NCBI GenBank assembly: GCA_051530055.1
Contig: CM121341.1
Span: forward strand, 372,001-436,000
Direction: 5' to 3'
Origin: Neoechinorhynchus agilis
Taxonomy: Eukaryota; Animalia; Acanthocephala
DNA length: 64,000 bases
Under the pieces are notes generated by a model. That model searched no databases. It was not told the DNA's origin and saw only the letters and a program-made list of their open reading frames with translations. The position numbers and the translations under genes are program-made. This document shows, piece by piece, positions 61,101 through 64,000 of this stretch. Numbering within the stretch: the stretch's first letter is position 1; each line of letters opens with the position of its first letter.

Positions 61101-63280
61101 TTCGAAGACCCAATATCCAACCGAATCCTTAGCGTCCTTGATTGAGATAACTACGTCTCCAACAAAATAATTTCGAAGGAATTTTTCTTAACGATACTGG
61201 AATCGGAGATGTGGAGGCCATAATCCCTTCCGGATAAAATCTATTTTATTGAAATATTTCGCAAGGATACCTCATCAGTCGTCTAAAAAGTCTTTAATTG
61301 CTTTGTATTGTACTGCTTGGGTACGCGGGATCGCTATTCCCAAGGTTCAGACCCAATATCAACCGAATCTATAGCCTTCCTTGATTGAGATAACTACGTC
61401 TCAACAAAATAATTTCGAAGGAATTTTCTACCGCGATACTGGAATCGGAGATGTAGTGACCATAATCCCTTCCGGATAAAATCTATTTTATTGAAATATT
61501 TCCGCAAGGATACCTCATCAGTCGTCTAAAAAGTCTTTAATTGCTTTGTATTGTACTGCTTGGGTACGCGGGATCGCTATTCCCGAGGTTCGAAGACCCA
61601 ATGTCCAACCGAATCCTTAGCGTCCTTGATTGAGATAATTACGTCTCCAACAAAATCATTTCGAAGGAATTTTTCTTAACGATACTGAAATCGGAGATGT
61701 GGAGGCCATAATCCCTTCCGGATAAAATCTATTTTATTGAAATATTTCGCATGGAAACCTCATCAGTCATTCAAAAAGTCTTTAATTGCTTTGTATTGTA
61801 CTGCTTGGGTACGCGGGATCGCTATTCCCAAGGTTCGAAGACCAAATGTCCAACCGAATCCTTAGCGTCCTTGATTGAGATAACTACGTCTCCAACAAAA
61901 TCATTTCGAAGGAATTTTTCTTAACGATACTGGAATCGGAGATGTAGTGACCATAATCCCTTCCGGATAAAACCTATTTCATTGAAATATTTCGCAAGGA
62001 TACCTCATCAGTCGTCTAAAAAGTCTTTAATTGCTTTGTATTGTACTGCTTGGGTACGCGGGATCGCTATTCCCGAGGTTCGAAGACCCAATGTCCAACC
62101 GAATCCTTAGCGTCCTTGATTGAGATAATTACGTCTCCAACAAAATCATTTCGAAGGAATTTTCTTAACGATACTGGAATCGGAGATGTGGAGGCCATAA
62201 TCCCTTCCGGATAAAATCTATTTTATTGAAATATTTCGCAAGGATACCTCATCAGTCGTCTAAAAAGTCTTTAATTGCTTTGTATTGTACTGCTTGGGTA
62301 CGCGGGATCGCTATTCCTAGGTTCGAAGACCAAATGTCCAACCGAATCCTTAGCGTCCTTGATTGAGATAATTACGTCTCCAACAAAACAATTTCGAAGG
62401 AATTTTTCTTAACGATACTGGAATCGGAGATGTGGAGCCCATAATCCCTTCCGGATAAAACCTATTTCATTGAAATATTTCGCAAGGATACCTCATCAGT
62501 CGTCTAAAAAGTCTTTAATTGCTTTGTATTGTACTGCTTGGGTACGCGGGATCGCTATTCCCGAGGTTCGAAGACCCAATGTCCAACCGAAATCCTTAGC
62601 GTCCTTGATTGAGATAATTACGTCTCCAACAAAATAATTTCGAAGGAATTTTTCTTAACGATACTGGAATCGGAGATGTGGAGGCCATAATCCCTTCCGG
62701 ATAAAATCTATTTTATTGAAATATTTCGCAAGGATACCTCATCAGTCGTCTAAAAAGTCTTTAATTGCTTTGTATTGTACTGCTTGGGTACGCGGGATCG
62801 CTATTCCCGAGGTTCGAAGACCCAATATCCAACCGAATCCTTAGCGTCCTTGATTGAGATAATTACGTCTCCAACAAAATAATTTCGAAGGAATTTTTCT
62901 TAACGATACTGGAATCGGAGATGTGGAGGCCATAATCCCTTCCGGATAAAATCTATTTTATTGAAATATTTCGCAAGGATACCTCATCAGTCGTCTAAAA
63001 AGTCTTTAATTGCTTTGTATTGTACTGCTTGGGTACGCGGGATCGCTATTCCCGAGGTTCGAAGACCCAATGTCCAACCGAATCCTTAGCGTCCTTGATT
63101 GAGATAATTACGTCTCCAACAAAATAATTTCGAAGGAATTTTTCTTAACGATACTGGAATCGGAGATGTGGAGGCCATAATCCCTTCCGGATAAAATCTA
63201 TTTTATTGAAATATTTCGCAAGGATACCTCATCAGTCGTCTAAAAAGTCTTTAATTGCTTTGTATTGTACTGCTTGGGTA
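55120..63280 (-). repeat. Satellite C: tandem array of 245-bp monomers, about 33 copies, most carrying a minimal hammerhead on the minus strand (retrozyme-like array)
   Basis: ccggataaaa recurs at 62942 and 63187 (period 245). Each monomer contains tgaaatatttcgcaaggatacctcatcagtc, the reverse complement of GA CTGATGA G GTA-TCCT-TGC GAAA TAT T TCA. Confidence 0.95.
63207..63238 (-). ncRNA. Representative satellite-C hammerhead ribozyme (last monomer)
   Basis: CUGAUGA = 63235-63229; stem II G-C, U.G, A-U with UCCU loop; GAAA = 63217-63214; AUAU palindromic stem III; predicted cleavage after U at 63210 (AUU triplet); short proximal stem I extended by a distal uuuua/uaaaa helix. Confidence 0.75.
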
Positions 63281-63737
63281 CTGGATTGTGATGACTACAT
63301 CTCCAGCTCTATCATCCCGAGTGGTGGGTGTGAGCCTTTTCGGATAACCGAAGTTTTCTAAACTATCGATCACCATTAGCATATCCTTCAGTTTTTGAAT
63401 TTTAAGGCATAAATTAACGTAGGTTTCCTTTCTTGTTAATTGGATGACTTTTTGAATCTGTCGAAGAGTAAAACATATGAAAAAATCGATTTTCTTAATT
63501 TCAAAGTACTTAAAGGAATCGCTTATGCATACCTTTTTATTTAAACTTTGTCTAAATTTTTCTGAGCGATCTTTATTTTATAAACGTGTAAATACTAGGT
63601 TATTGCATCTCTTCCTCGGCTTTTTAGTTTTCCTTTTTGGCATGAAGCCACACCGATCTCTTACATCAGAGAAGTGATTGAATCACTGAGACTCTTAATG
63701 CGACTACGGTATACGAGTTTGTACTCATCCTTCCGGA

Positions 63738-64000
63738 GAAGTTTAGTCATCAGAACTTAAGGGTAGTTATAAATAACTCGAAAATTGAACAAGGGACGAA
63801 ATTGTTGGAAAACCGAAGATAAAGCTACCGAATTCCATAGAAGTTTTTCCAGAAATTACAGATATTGCTAAAACCGAACAGAAGTTTAATCATCAGAACT
63901 TAAGGGTAGTTATAAATAACTCGAAAATTGAACAAGGGACGAAATTGTTGGAAAACCGAAGATAAAGCTACCGAATTCCTAGAAGTTTTTAGAGAAATTA
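63738..64000. repeat. Start of a fourth tandem repeat, about 143-bp unit, cut by the window edge
   Basis: gaagttta.tcatcagaacttaagggtagttataaataactcg at 63738 and 63881; the second copy runs to the edge. Confidence 0.75.

Noticed and set aside
57420-61500. Patches of indel-rich monomers in satellite C (and 26900-27700 in B)
   Set aside because: Scattered single-base indels look like low-coverage consensus noise, so they were not interpreted as subfamilies.
63165-63200. Twister-like words in satellite C (GTGGAGG, TCCC, CCGGATAAAA)
   Set aside because: The order and pairing do not fit the twister topology.
12612-63280. CRISPR-like arrays
   Set aside because: Whole monomers repeat with no unique spacers, there are no cas genes, and the context is eukaryotic.
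63860-63900. CTGATGA on the minus strand of the 143-bp repeat followed by a stem and GCAA TAT C
   Set aside because: GAAA is absent, there is no stem I pairing, and only one junction is visible. Worth rechecking beyond the window.

Overview
This is eukaryotic DNA from a compact metazoan genome. Introns are GT-AG and mostly about 48-55 bp, and a ZFHX-type homeobox gene is present. Gene islands alternate with three large tandem arrays (187-bp, 182/183-bp and 245-bp monomers, together about 29 kb or 45% of the window). Genes seen: SEL1L (partial), a bromo-PHD-BAH chromatin reader resembling the ASH1L C-terminus but with no visible SET domain, a miniaturised ZFHX/zfh2, an EF-hand light-chain/calmodulin-like gene, a short CAP-H-like kleisin, FIS1-like, IMP4, a Pro-rich repeat protein, DDX10/DBP4 and a divergent RBBP4-like WD40 gene. 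A nested cluster of decayed LINE Gag, Penelope-like element and MITE pieces lies at about 43-50 kb. The main discovery is a hammerhead-ribozyme (HHR) system. Nearly every 245-bp monomer at 55.1-63.3 kb carries a minimal type I HHR on the minus strand (CUGAUGA, stem II, GAAA, AUAU palindromic stem III). The same HHR family occurs as dispersed fold-backs at 36.9 kb and 48.8 kb. The 182-bp satellite appears to descend from the same ribozyme unit with the CUGAUGA core deleted. A Penelope ORF remnant ends with its stop codon inside a further HHR. Six or seven genes have a splice-acceptor-like AG within 0-5 nt of the ATG, suggesting SL trans-splicing. All alignments and folds were done by eye; no searches were run.
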